IMG/VR virus record: IMGVR_UViG_3300009566_000013
Location: 1-30,659 of that record
Length of the DNA stretch: 30,659 bases
Strand: one strand, 5' to 3'
Source of the DNA: a virus
Taxonomy: Duplodnaviria > Caudoviricetes
The translations under genes were made by a program, and so were the position numbers. The notes below the pieces were generated by a model, which ran no database searches, had not been told where the DNA came from, and worked only from the letters and a program-made list of their open reading frames with translations. This document shows, piece by piece, positions 1 to 8,085 of the stretch. The first letter of the stretch is position 1; each line of letters starts with the position of its first letter.

Positions 1-2
1 CA

Positions 3-293
3 ATACTCGTGATCTTGCTGATGCTTGTGGCAGTTACCCCGGCGGTGGCTGATACCTGGTATGTGACGGTGACGGGAACGGTTACATCCGTGAAACAGAT
101 ATCAGACGATTCATCCGTATTGATCTTCACGCTTGCCAATCCGGGCAGTTGCGAAATCACCACCGTGTACGCGCATGGCTGGCTGGCGGCGCGGTGGAAT
201 ACCCGCATACGCAAGGGCATGATATTGACCGTGACAGGCACGGAGCGCCCGGATCAATACAGGGTCATTGACGCGGTGAGTATCAGAAGATGA
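3..293 (+). CDS. Exported OB-fold-like hypothetical protein, probably 5'-truncated by the window edge
   Basis: The frame is open to the window start. It has a hydrophobic stretch ending AVA-D (signal peptidase I-like), a beta-rich pattern TVTGTVTSVK...GMILTVTG, and an ATGA overlap with the endolysin. Confidence 0.55.
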   Translation: MLVILLMLVAVTPAVADTWYVTVTGTVTSVKQISDDSSVLIFTLANPGSCEITTVYAHGWLAARWNTRIRKGMILTVTGTERPDQYRVIDAVSIRR

Positions 294-1165
294 TAGGCAT
301 CGACATCAGCAAGTGGCAAGGCACGATGCGCTGGGATGTAGCCGTGAGCAAAGGCGTGGAGTTTGCGTATATCAAGGCATCGCAGGGCGTGAGCGTTGAC
401 CCGGAATGGAGCGTGAACTCATACAATTGTAATCTCAAGTATAAGGGTGCGTATCACTTTCTTGATTATTCCTCATTCCACTACACGATAGGGCAGGAGG
501 AATTATGGGGCAAAGCGCAGGCCGATTTCTTCCTGGAGACGGTAGGCGCGTGGGGCAACCTGACCGGGATGCTCGACATTGAGAATAATACCGCGTGGGA
601 ACGGCTCGACCAAAATTATCCCAGAGCTGTCAAGATTGCGCTGGCTTTCAAACGGGAATATGAAGCTAAGACCGGGCACAAATTAGGCGTATATATGAAC
701 CTATCCACCACACGCGCAGGGATATGGGGCGCATTCACAGACGGTCCGCTGTGGATGGCGCAGTACAACAAAACTATGAGTACGCCGGGGTGCTGGTCAA
801 AGTGGCATATCTGGCAATACACTGACAAGGGTGACGGCGCGAGTTATGGTGCGGAATCTACCTACATCGACCTGAATGTATCCAATGATGAAACATTCAA
901 CGAACTCGTGACGGATGGCGGCACGCCGACGCCAGTAATCCCACCGGAAGTAAAGACGAAAACGGTAGAGCTAAAGACCGTGCAGGTCCCGGTACTCCGC
1001 ATGAGAGCCGGGCCGGGCGTGGGCTATCCGATCGTTGGCTCGCTCAAAGGCGGCGCGGTGGTAGAGATTCTCGACACGGCGCAGGTGGGCGCGGACGTTT
1101 GGATGCGTGTCGGTCAAGGTCAATGGAGCGCGGCACTATATAAGGGGCAGGAGTACTTAAGATAA
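290..1165 (+). CDS. Endolysin: GH25 muramidase with C-terminal SH3b cell-wall-binding domain
   Basis: GH25 motifs [37 protein letters not shown] and IDLN; a Pro/Thr linker; SH3b-like [17 protein letters not shown]...WMRV. Confidence 0.92.
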   Translation: MIGIDISKWQGTMRWDVAVSKGVEFAYIKASQGVSVDPEWSVNSYNCNLKYKGAYHFLDYSSFHYTIGQEELWGKAQADFFLETVGAWGNLTGMLDIENNTAWERLDQNYPRAVKIALAFKREYEAKTGHKLGVYMNLSTTRAGIWGAFTDGPLWMAQYNKTMSTPGCWSKWHIWQYTDKGDGASYGAESTYIDLNVSNDETFNELVTDGGTPTPVIPPEVKTKTVELKTVQVPVLRMRAGPGVGYPIVGSLKGGAVVEILDTAQVGADVWMRVGQGQWSAALYKGQEYLR

Positions 1166-1686
1166 TGGGTTATCCACAGCATCACCGTTATCATATTTAC
1201 AACTATACCTGCGTGGCTTGTGGGTGTAATTATTCACACACTCGGATAGATGGAGATTCGAAATTATGTCCACACTGTTTACACCTAAAAAACAAGAGAG
1301 AATACTATCAAACACATAAAGAACAATGGGCGGCATATTCAAAAAGTCATCCAGAAGAACGAAAATTGATTGTATACACATGGCGGTTAAATAATTCAGC
1401 CCGTGCCCGTGAGTTAAGCAGGTCAAAAGAATCTACAAGGAGAACAAAAATAGCCGGTAATGGCGGAAGTTTTACCCCCGATGAATGGTCAGAGCTATGT
1501 AAAAAATATAAAAATCGCTGTGTTTGTTGTGGAGAATATAAGCCGCTTCAAGCAGACCATATTATTCCTGTCAGTAAAGGTGGTAGAAGTAGCATTGACA
1601 ATATTCAACCGTTATGCAGAACATGTAACCTGAAGAAAGGTATAAAAGACATTGATTATAGAAAATCATTTGAGGTGCTTCAATGA
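1165..1686 (+). CDS. HNH endonuclease (free-standing, homing-like)
   Basis: CVCCG...[26 protein letters not shown], with an extra N-terminal CxxC pair. Visibly AT-rich relative to both neighbours and coupled to them by TAATG and ATGA overlaps. Confidence 0.92.
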   Translation: MGYPQHHRYHIYNYTCVACGCNYSHTRIDGDSKLCPHCLHLKNKREYYQTHKEQWAAYSKSHPEERKLIVYTWRLNNSARARELSRSKESTRRTKIAGNGGSFTPDEWSELCKKYKNRCVCCGEYKPLQADHIIPVSKGGRSSIDNIQPLCRTCNLKKGIKDIDYRKSFEVLQ

Positions 1687-2915
1687 ACTGGGCATTATTG
1701 CAGGAACAACTCGCGGGCAAGCCCGTATACAAGCGGGCAAAGCACGCTATCCACTTCCAGAATAGCGACGGCTCGATAACCGCGAATTTCAGCGGCAAAC
1801 CCTGCCACTATTTTGACGGCGGCATCTGGAAAGCCATTGATACCACGCCCTTATTGGGCGGTGATGGTAAATGGGGATGCCCTCATTCGCGTGTGCGCAT
1901 TGCCACGGATGGCACAGTCAGCATTACAGGCACGGATTATGCGCAGCAGGCGCGTCTCATTAGCCCGAAAAATATCAAGCTGGATGGCGACCACCTGGTG
2001 AGGACGTTCAGCGGGGGTGAGCAGAGGCTCTACATCACAGAGGACGGGTACAGGAGCGAGATAACGCTCAACTCAAAGCCGAACCTGCTTCAGGCGTTGT
2101 ACCTGCTGGCATCAGTGAGTGGTAGTTTGCCGGGTGAGTACGTGCGGCACCCAACAGTGATGACAGACGCAGATGGCAAAGAATACACCTACGACAATGC
2201 TATCAACTTCCGGGCATGGCTGGATGCGGCGAAATATCCGGTGGTGATTGACCCCGATTTTACTGGATTAATAGCAGATGGATTTATCGAGGGGAATAAT
2301 GCCACCTACACTACCGCGAGAGATACATCTACAAATAGTGGTTATACTAATTGGTCATATTTTATAGTGGGACAATCTAAAACCTATTATGAAACCTATT
2401 ATGTTTATAGGTCATATTTGGTTTTTGATACATCATCTATCGGCGCGAATATTGTTGGTCAAGTTAATCTAAAAATGACTGTGCGTAATGATTATTCAAC
2501 CGCAGCAGATTTTGATGTTCAGATTGTTAAATATAATTGGAGCGAATGGGAAAGTAACCAGACCAATACAACTTACAGAGAAACTGCTTATGATGGTGTA
2601 TTAGTATCTGATGCTGACGATGCAATATGGCTCAACACGAATGGAATATCGAATGATACCACCTACATAAGCGGAAATCTCTCTACGGCATGGATAAACA
2701 AAACAGGAAAAACTTATTATGCATTACGTTCAAGTAGGGATTTGGCAGGAGAAGTGCCATCGGGAGACGAGTTATTAAGAATTTATAGTCGTGAAGTTAC
2801 AACCGGATCCTACCGCCCCGTCCTGTCCGTCACCTACGCGACGGCTGGCGGACACTCCCCGCTATATCAAAACATATTCGAATCTGAAATCCTCTTTGGA
2901 AGAATTGTGAGGTAA
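1683..2915 (+). CDS. Probable virion accessory protein with a C-terminal DNRLRE/CBM96-like beta-sandwich
   Basis: YPVVIDP domain boundary followed by DGFI...[11 protein letters not shown]...VNLKMTV...RPVLSVTY, a pattern typical of DNRLRE-type domains; late-operon context. Confidence 0.55.
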   Translation: MNWALLQEQLAGKPVYKRAKHAIHFQNSDGSITANFSGKPCHYFDGGIWKAIDTTPLLGGDGKWGCPHSRVRIATDGTVSITGTDYAQQARLISPKNIKLDGDHLVRTFSGGEQRLYITEDGYRSEITLNSKPNLLQALYLLASVSGSLPGEYVRHPTVMTDADGKEYTYDNAINFRAWLDAAKYPVVIDPDFTGLIADGFIEGNNATYTTARDTSTNSGYTNWSYFIVGQSKTYYETYYVYRSYLVFDTSSIGANIVGQVNLKMTVRNDYSTAADFDVQIVKYNWSEWESNQTNTTYRETAYDGVLVSDADDAIWLNTNGISNDTTYISGNLSTAWINKTGKTYYALRSSRDLAGEVPSGDELLRIYSREVTTGSYRPVLSVTYATAGGHSPLYQNIFESEILFGRIVR

Positions 2916-2917
2916 CT

Positions 2918-3757
2918 ATGGCTTATCTTGGCTCATGGAAAATAGATGATTACTTGCCCATTCCGGTGACTACGCACCGATTCAGTACCGGTGCAGCGTA
3001 TGCCCCGACTTCCCTCACATATTCTATCTACGAGGATGCCACCACCACCGGGCTGGTTGAGGACGTGGATATGACGCCGGCTTCACCTTTCGATGGTGTG
3101 ACGGGCTTCTATCTTGCACGGAGACAACTGACGGCGGCGGCAGGATTCGAGAAGGGCAAAAACTACACGGTGCTTATCAAAGCAACGGTGGATGGCGTGG
3201 CGGCTATCGCAGCGCATACTTTCCAGATCGAGGCTGAGGTGGATGCGAACGTGGTAAGCGATAAAACTGGGTACGGGCTGGCGGCAGGCAGTGTGGCATC
3301 GGCTGCGGAAATATGGAGTTATACAAACAGGACGCTCACGCAGGCAGCGGCATCAGTTACGGCGGCGGTATCTGGCAGCGACATCACTGGGTATTGCGGT
3401 GATACGCTCTCATTCTCCCTCACCGGGCTGGGCGTTCTCACCGGTTATAGCAAGGTATATTTTAGCATTAAGCGTGATCTTGCAGATGTGGATAGTGCAT
3501 CGGTTGTGATGATTGAAAAGACCGCCGGTCTGCAATACATCAATGGCGCGGCTGGCACTGCCGGAAACGGAACCCTTACAATTGATGATGAGGCGGCTGG
3601 GAATATTACCGTTACCCTGAAGGCAAGCGAGACGGTGAAGATCGATCCTGGCTTGTATAACTACGATGTGAAGGTGGTACGCTCGGCAGGAACCGTCAGC
3701 ACGTTGACCCAGGCTAATTTCACCTGGAAGTCCGATGTAACCAAAGCCACGACATAG
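2918..3757 (+). CDS. Probable virion structural protein with a C-terminal BppU-like Ig fold
   Basis: Ala/Thr/Gly-rich beta-strand protein; C-terminal GDTLSFSL...FSIKR...GNITVTLKASET..GLYNYDVKV pattern. Confidence 0.55.
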   Translation: MAYLGSWKIDDYLPIPVTTHRFSTGAAYAPTSLTYSIYEDATTTGLVEDVDMTPASPFDGVTGFYLARRQLTAAAGFEKGKNYTVLIKATVDGVAAIAAHTFQIEAEVDANVVSDKTGYGLAAGSVASAAEIWSYTNRTLTQAAASVTAAVSGSDITGYCGDTLSFSLTGLGVLTGYSKVYFSIKRDLADVDSASVVMIEKTAGLQYINGAAGTAGNGTLTIDDEAAGNITVTLKASETVKIDPGLYNYDVKVVRSAGTVSTLTQANFTWKSDVTKATT

Positions 3758-3765
3758 GAGCGCAT

Positions 3766-4083
3766 ATGGCAGCCTTACCCGATGACCTGAGAGATTTACA
3801 CCCGCAGACCAACCGAGAGTGGTTTATGCACCTTAACACGAAGATCGACACTATCTTGGAGTCGCAAGCCGAGGACAGGGACGTGCTGCTTGGCTATATA
3901 GATAAAACAAACGAGTGGATCAAGTGTCATGATCAGACGCTGAATACGAACTTGCAGAAATTGACGAAACATGAAGAAAAGATAGACCAACTCGAAAAAC
4001 GGGTAAACAGCTGGAATATACTGAACTCTTTGGGGGTAATCATCGCCTCCATCCTGGCAGCGTTGGGATTGAAAGGGAGCTAA
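3766..4083 (+). CDS. Coiled-coil protein with a single C-terminal TM helix (XhlA/holin-accessory-like)
   Basis: RBS AGGAG upstream; coiled coil LTKHEEKIDQLEKR followed by hydrophobic LGVIIASILAALGL. Confidence 0.55.
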   Translation: MAALPDDLRDLHPQTNREWFMHLNTKIDTILESQAEDRDVLLGYIDKTNEWIKCHDQTLNTNLQKLTKHEEKIDQLEKRVNSWNILNSLGVIIASILAALGLKGS

Positions 4084-4085
4084 TA

Positions 4086-4943
4086 TTGAGAGTTCTGCGC
4101 AGAGAATTTGAAACTGATAGCCGCAAAACAGAATATAATATTATACCAATTGGTGACATACATATAGGGGCAGCCGCTTGTGATGAGGACAGGCTAAAAC
4201 AAGTAATTGAAAGGATAAGGGGTGATAAGAACGCGCGTTGGATTGGAATGGGGGATTACTGCGATTTTATCAACATGCGTGACCCGCGTTTCAACTCGGG
4301 GGTGCTGGCGGATTGGATAGGCATTAGAGACCTTGCGGATCTTGTCGCCGCGCAGAAAGAATATCTGCTTGAACTGCTATGCCCTATTGCGGATAAATGT
4401 CTCGGAATGGTTGAGGGCAACCATGAGACAAGCATCCACCGATTCTACGAAAGGGATATTTACAGCGAAATTGTTACGGAGATCAAATATGCCGGAAAGT
4501 TTGAATCAGACACACCGCTTGCGATTGGATACTATGGCTGGTTGCTGCTCCACTTCAAGAGGAAGGAACAAAAGAGCCTGGTAAAAGTGAATCTACATCA
4601 TGGGTACGTGGGCGGTAAACTGGCTGGCGCGAAAGCGCTCGAAATGCAAAGATGGTTATGGAGCCACGACGCCGATATAGTCATATTCGGGCATAGCCAC
4701 AACACTGCCGTCCAGATCGAACAGACCGAAGGGTTAGATGATACCGGAAGGGTAGAAATGAAAAAGCGGTTTGGTGTGTATGCCGGGTCCTTCCTGAAAA
4801 CAATCAATGAGAATGGTCCAGCGACATATAGCGAAATCAAAGGGTGTTTACCAATACCAAGCGCGGGCATCGAAATACATATCAGACCCGGCGCGTTTGA
4901 CAACTCGAATGAAAGAAGCGAACCGATACGGATGGTAGTATGA
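4086..4943 (+). CDS. Calcineurin-like metallophosphoesterase
   Basis: All five motifs are present: GDIHIG, GDYCD, GNHE, HHG, GHSH. Confidence 0.9.
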   Translation: MRVLRREFETDSRKTEYNIIPIGDIHIGAAACDEDRLKQVIERIRGDKNARWIGMGDYCDFINMRDPRFNSGVLADWIGIRDLADLVAAQKEYLLELLCPIADKCLGMVEGNHETSIHRFYERDIYSEIVTEIKYAGKFESDTPLAIGYYGWLLLHFKRKEQKSLVKVNLHHGYVGGKLAGAKALEMQRWLWSHDADIVIFGHSHNTAVQIEQTEGLDDTGRVEMKKRFGVYAGSFLKTINENGPATYSEIKGCLPIPSAGIEIHIRPGAFDNSNERSEPIRMVV

Positions 4944-5092
4944 GATCCTTCTATCTGCGTCACATCCTTCGCCCACTTTTCGCGGACTTCGCGGTGGAAT
5001 ACGTGCACCAAGTTGACAGGCTGATACACGGGAAAATGATGCAGCAGGATTGGATTGGAAAGGCGCGGGGGACGCCGGAAAAAGAGTTATAA
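4940..5092 (+). CDS. Small hypothetical protein (50 aa, MRSFYLRHILRPLF...PEKEL)
   Basis: Translated by hand, below the ORF-track cutoff; ATGA overlap with the phosphoesterase stop. Confidence 0.4.
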   Translation: MRSFYLRHILRPLFADFAVEYVHQVDRLIHGKMMQQDWIGKARGTPEKEL

Positions 5093-5098
5093 TATGGA

Positions 5099-5178
5099 TG
5101 CCCGCCTTCGTTTATAGAGGACGCCTGGAATCCGGGTAATGAGCAGCGCAGTTTTTGGCGACAGCACTCAGACGGGTA
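5099..5178 (+). ncRNA. Candidate structured small RNA (4-way junction)
   Basis: Closing stem TGCCCG 5099-5104/CGGGTA 5173-5178 encloses three internal hairpins. TATAAT at 5088-5093 lies just upstream and a strong hairpin lies just downstream. Confidence 0.3.
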
Positions 5179-5181
5179 AGA

Positions 5182-5212
5182 GTTAAGGGTCAGACTTGTT
5201 CTGACCTTTAAC
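5182..5212. terminator. Terminator-like hairpin at the end of the late operon
   Basis: 13-bp stem GTTAAGGGTCAGA / TCTGACCTTTAAC (one G-U pair), 5-nt loop, followed by GTTT. Confidence 0.55.
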
Positions 5213-5227
5213 GTTTAAGATAACTAG

Positions 5228-5690
5228 GTGTTAGGACAAAACTAACATACAGCGTTTTACGATTGCATCCATGAACCATTCGGAAATACCGATGAGTTCG
5301 TTTACATTCGTACTCACAATATAAACAAAGTGAGTATATCTGTTTCTCACCTATGAGAATCAACGCAGTTTGTATCTCGCCTGAAAACTTTACAAAATAG
5401 ACAACTTTTGTCGATTATCCTTTACAAAAATACAATCAACCGTCAACTTATTGGATAATAATACAATAAACAGGCGATTATTACCAACAAATCAGGTTAC
5501 AGGACCAGTCTTATTGTTTATAGCCCTAAAGAGCTATGGAACTAAGATATAGGCGTAATTGCCTATATTATGGACGAAACATGCCTTAGAATCGTTCCTG
5601 TGGCATCCTGTGGCTACCATATGGATTTTCTACAACCTATCGCCGGGTGACGCGCAAACGCAGAATATGATTGTCTTCGCGTTTGCGTTC
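5228..5690. repeat. Array of about 12 non-identical short inverted repeats
   Basis: Examples: TGTTAG-N7-CTAACA (5229-5247), TACTCAC-N12-GTGAGTA (5311-5336), TTCTCA-N4-TGAGAA (5344-5359), ATATAGGC-N6-GCCTATAT (5547-5568), CGCAAACGC..GCGTTTGCG (5653-5687). No ORF of 60 aa or more on either strand. Confidence 0.65.
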
Positions 5691-5757
5691 TTCCCCATTA
5701 AATAAATTCATCCGTTAACCAATCCTTAAATTTCATAAACTAATTTTACCGAAACAC

Positions 5758-5785
5758 TTGACATTTGTAATACGCTTGTTATAAT
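5758..5785 (+). promoter_or_regulatory. Consensus sigma70/sigmaA promoter for the early operon
   Basis: TTGACA 5758-5763, 16-nt spacer, extended -10 TGnTATAAT (TATAAT 5780-5785), AT-rich upstream, RBS AGGAGG 5807-5812. Confidence 0.85.
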
Positions 5786-5792
5786 ATTATAA
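5779..5792. promoter_or_regulatory. Putative operator overlapping -10/+1
   Basis: Perfect 14-bp palindrome TTATAATATTATAA directly upstream of an RHH gene. Confidence 0.45.
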
Positions 5793-5815
5793 GAAACATA
5801 TACAAAAGGAGGCTC

Positions 5816-5998
5816 ATGGAGAAAAAGAACTTGACCGAAATAGTGATACTGAGAGTTGATCCAGACGGGCGCAACCGACTGGAGCAAGCCGCGAAGTTTG
5901 ACGGCGTCACTGTCTCCGAGTTCGTCCGCAGGTGGATTGAGAAAATCCCTATCGTCGGGCGTATCGAGGGGGATAAAGTTATTCTAAATAAGGAGTAA
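5816..5998 (+). CDS. Ribbon-helix-helix (CopG/Arc-like) DNA-binding protein
   Basis: Strand IVILRV, helix DGRNRLEQAAKFD, turn G, helix VSEFVRRWIE; strong RBS. Confidence 0.8.
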   Translation: MEKKNLTEIVILRVDPDGRNRLEQAAKFDGVTVSEFVRRWIEKIPIVGRIEGDKVILNKE

Positions 5999-6001
5999 AC
6001 A

Positions 6002-6085
6002 ATGTCCGATATCGTTTGGTATTTTCTCGTGTTTGTGGTTTTAATAATCTGCTCGGTTTGGACGTACCGAGACATGAAGGAGTAG
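6002..6085 (+). CDS. 27-aa single-TM micro-protein (MSDIVWYFLVFVVLIICSVWTYRDMKE)
   Basis: RBS AGGAG 5991-5995 with 6-nt spacing; fills the gap between two genes exactly. Confidence 0.65.
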   Translation: MSDIVWYFLVFVVLIICSVWTYRDMKE

Positions 6086-6087
6086 AA

Positions 6088-6525
6088 ATGACATTCGGAA
6101 TCAATGTTACCAGCAAGGACAAGGAATACAGCGGGTGGACAGCGCTCGTTTCCGGTCACAAGTTGACCACCGCCATTTACGATGCCGACCAGGAGGCTAA
6201 AAGATTGTGGGACTTTTATACCCTCAACGTGGACAGCTGGATTGAGCAGAGGAACACAGCCATTGATCGGTACAACCAGGCCAAGACTGCCGAGGCCAAA
6301 CGCGCTGCCGATTATGATTATCATGCGGCAGATAATCAAATATACTACTGGCAGGAAAAGGCTGAATTAGCCACCATGCACGCTCAAAACCTACGCAAGC
6401 AGAGATACTGCCCGCACCGGGTGATCAGGCTTACACCGGAGGAGGTATGGTGCGAGGATTGTGGTGCAGAGTTGATTTTTCATGATACCGGCACAGTAGA
6501 CATCATTGACGAATGGCCACTATGA
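6088..6525 (+). CDS. Hypothetical early protein with a C-terminal Zn-ribbon (CPH...CEDC)
   Basis: RBS AAGGAG before ATG 6088, preferred over the track's 6016 start. Confidence 0.65.
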   Translation: MTFGINVTSKDKEYSGWTALVSGHKLTTAIYDADQEAKRLWDFYTLNVDSWIEQRNTAIDRYNQAKTAEAKRAADYDYHAADNQIYYWQEKAELATMHAQNLRKQRYCPHRVIRLTPEEVWCEDCGAELIFHDTGTVDIIDEWPL

Positions 6526-6549
6526 TCGACAAATAGCGAGGAGGCTATT

Positions 6550-7326
6550 ATGACTGAAAATAGATTGACATACCAAACGCAAGGGAACATAGTTGAATCA
6601 GTCGTGATAGGCGGCGACCTTTCACGGCTGACACCGGAACAGCGGACGAGTTATTACAAGGCGGTTTGCGAGAGCCTGCGCTTGAATCCACTGACCCGGC
6701 CTTTTGATTATATCACGCTGAACGGCAAGCTGACGCTCTACGCACGCAAGGACGCGGCTGACCAACTCCGCAAGATCAACGGCGTGAGCATTGATGACAT
6801 AGAGATCAACGAGGTGGGTGATTCCTACTTCGTCAAGGTCAAGGGGCATGACTCCACCGGGCGCTCAGATGTAGAGATTGGCGTAGTAAGCAAGAAGGAC
6901 ATGCAGGGGAACATCGGAAACGTCCAGATGAAAGCGGTAACGAAAGCCAAACGCCGCTTGACCCTTTCGATCTGTGGATTAGGGATGCTTGACGAGACTG
7001 AAATTGAAACAATCCCACAGGTACAGCGCACAGTCGTGGATGAATCGGGGGAAATCGTCCACGATACCGCGCCGGTGAAAATTGACGTAGCAAGCATCCT
7101 CCCAGCTGCCGAATCGGAACCAACGCCGCAAGCACCCGCGAAAGATGATTATTCAAACGTTTGCACAGACGATGGCGCGCCGTATTCGGAGCTGAAACTT
7201 GCAGACCTGGTATTCCGGTTCAACAGCCTGAGCAAGAAGCATGACCGCACGGCTGAAGATGAGCGCAAGTTGGCAGCCGCCAACTATTACATCCAAAAAT
7301 CACGCAGCTCCGGTCAAGCTGTATGA
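6550..7326 (+). CDS. Single-strand annealing recombinase (Bet/RecT superfamily-like)
   Basis: CESLRLNPLTRPFDYI..NGKLTLY and MKAVTKAKRRLTLSICGLGMLDETE motifs; RBS GAGGAGG; early-module position. Confidence 0.7.
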   Translation: MTENRLTYQTQGNIVESVVIGGDLSRLTPEQRTSYYKAVCESLRLNPLTRPFDYITLNGKLTLYARKDAADQLRKINGVSIDDIEINEVGDSYFVKVKGHDSTGRSDVEIGVVSKKDMQGNIGNVQMKAVTKAKRRLTLSICGLGMLDETEIETIPQVQRTVVDESGEIVHDTAPVKIDVASILPAAESEPTPQAPAKDDYSNVCTDDGAPYSELKLADLVFRFNSLSKKHDRTAEDERKLAAANYYIQKSRSSGQAV

Positions 7327-7339
7327 TCTCTCCTTGCGA

Positions 7340-7367
7340 TGCCCCTCTCGGATGAACGAGAGGGGCA
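7340..7367. terminator. GC-rich hairpin without a U-tract (terminator or mRNA stabiliser)
   Basis: Perfect 11-bp stem TGCCCCTCTCG / CGAGAGGGGCA with a 6-nt loop, right after the recombinase stop. Confidence 0.5.
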
Positions 7368-7381
7368 GAAAGGATAACGAC

Positions 7382-7621
7382 ATGTTAGATAAACTTACGA
7401 TTGACCTTTCACAAGAGCAGTTAGAACAGTTGGCTGATTACGTGAAAGCAAACCGTGGGTACAATTGGCTGGCTTATTATCTGCGTATTCTCGGAGTAAA
7501 GCCGATAGTTCATAGCGGGTTAGAGGATACCATCCTCCAAATTGTTTCAGACCGATGTAATTGTAGGCAGACACTTTGGAGGCTTGCAAAACTTTTTAAG
7601 TCTGAAGAGGGGACGAAATGA
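7382..7621 (+). CDS. Hypothetical protein
   Basis: RBS AAAGGA before ATG 7382; ATGA overlap with the next gene. Confidence 0.55.
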   Translation: MLDKLTIDLSQEQLEQLADYVKANRGYNWLAYYLRILGVKPIVHSGLEDTILQIVSDRCNCRQTLWRLAKLFKSEEGTK

Positions 7622-7971
7622 CCGCTTTACTACCTCCCGACGAAAAAAATCTGTTGGATATTAAGTCAATCCTTATCCATTATGTTGGTGAAGATTGCCG
7701 CATCTCCAAAGAGGAGCTATGCCACCGCTTGCACACGTCTGACAGGAAGGTACGCATATCCATCAGCGAGCTACAGTCACGCGGCGAGCTGATCTGCACC
7801 GATACCGATGAGGGTAGCTACTACTACCTGGGCGCGAATACCGAACCGATGCTGCGATACATCAACCAGGAGAGGCACCGGGGCAATGCTATACTCGCGA
7901 AGGCGCGGGCGCTGGAAGTCGCACTGAAGGCTACTAGGGGCATTGACGCGCAGCAAGGGAGGCTGATCTAA
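7618..7971 (+). CDS. Winged helix-turn-helix DNA-binding protein
   Basis: ISKEELCHRLHTSDRKVRISISELQSRGELIC...GSYYY pattern; RBS GAGGGG. Confidence 0.7.
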   Translation: MTALLPPDEKNLLDIKSILIHYVGEDCRISKEELCHRLHTSDRKVRISISELQSRGELICTDTDEGSYYYLGANTEPMLRYINQERHRGNAILAKARALEVALKATRGIDAQQGRLI

Positions 7972-8005
7972 TGGTTGGTTTACCCTTGACAGGATTTACA
8001 TCGTT

Positions 8006-8066
8006 GAGAGCCACCTTACGTACTCCCGAACTCCGTGACAGAATTCAGGCGCGTAGGATGGCTCTC
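8006..8066 (+). promoter_or_regulatory. Long interrupted stem-loop in the leader of the HNH remnant / replication gene
   Basis: GAGAGCCA 8006-8013/TGGCTCTC 8059-8066, CTTACG/CGTAGG, inner GAA/TTC; ends 7 nt before RBS AAGGAG. Confidence 0.45.
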
Positions 8067-8085
8067 TGGCTTTAAGGAGATTGGA

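Noticed and set aside
1683-3757. Diversity-generating retroelement target
   Set aside because: No reverse transcriptase and no template/variable repeat pair differing at adenines was seen in the window.
5099-5178. tRNA gene
   Set aside because: The size and branching are cloverleaf-like, but it lacks the T-loop TTCRA, D-loop GG, a canonical anticodon arm and CCA.
5597-5614. CCTGTGGC tandem pair as iterons
   Set aside because: Only two 8-bp copies and far from the initiator gene, which is insufficient evidence.
5228-5690. CRISPR array or mini-array
   Set aside because: No recurring identical repeat; each palindrome has a different sequence, spacing is irregular, and there are no cas genes.
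5779-6339. 186-aa minus-strand ORF as a divergent repressor
   Set aside because: It is the antisense shadow of three well-supported + strand genes, with no HTH or peptidase motif and no evident RBS.
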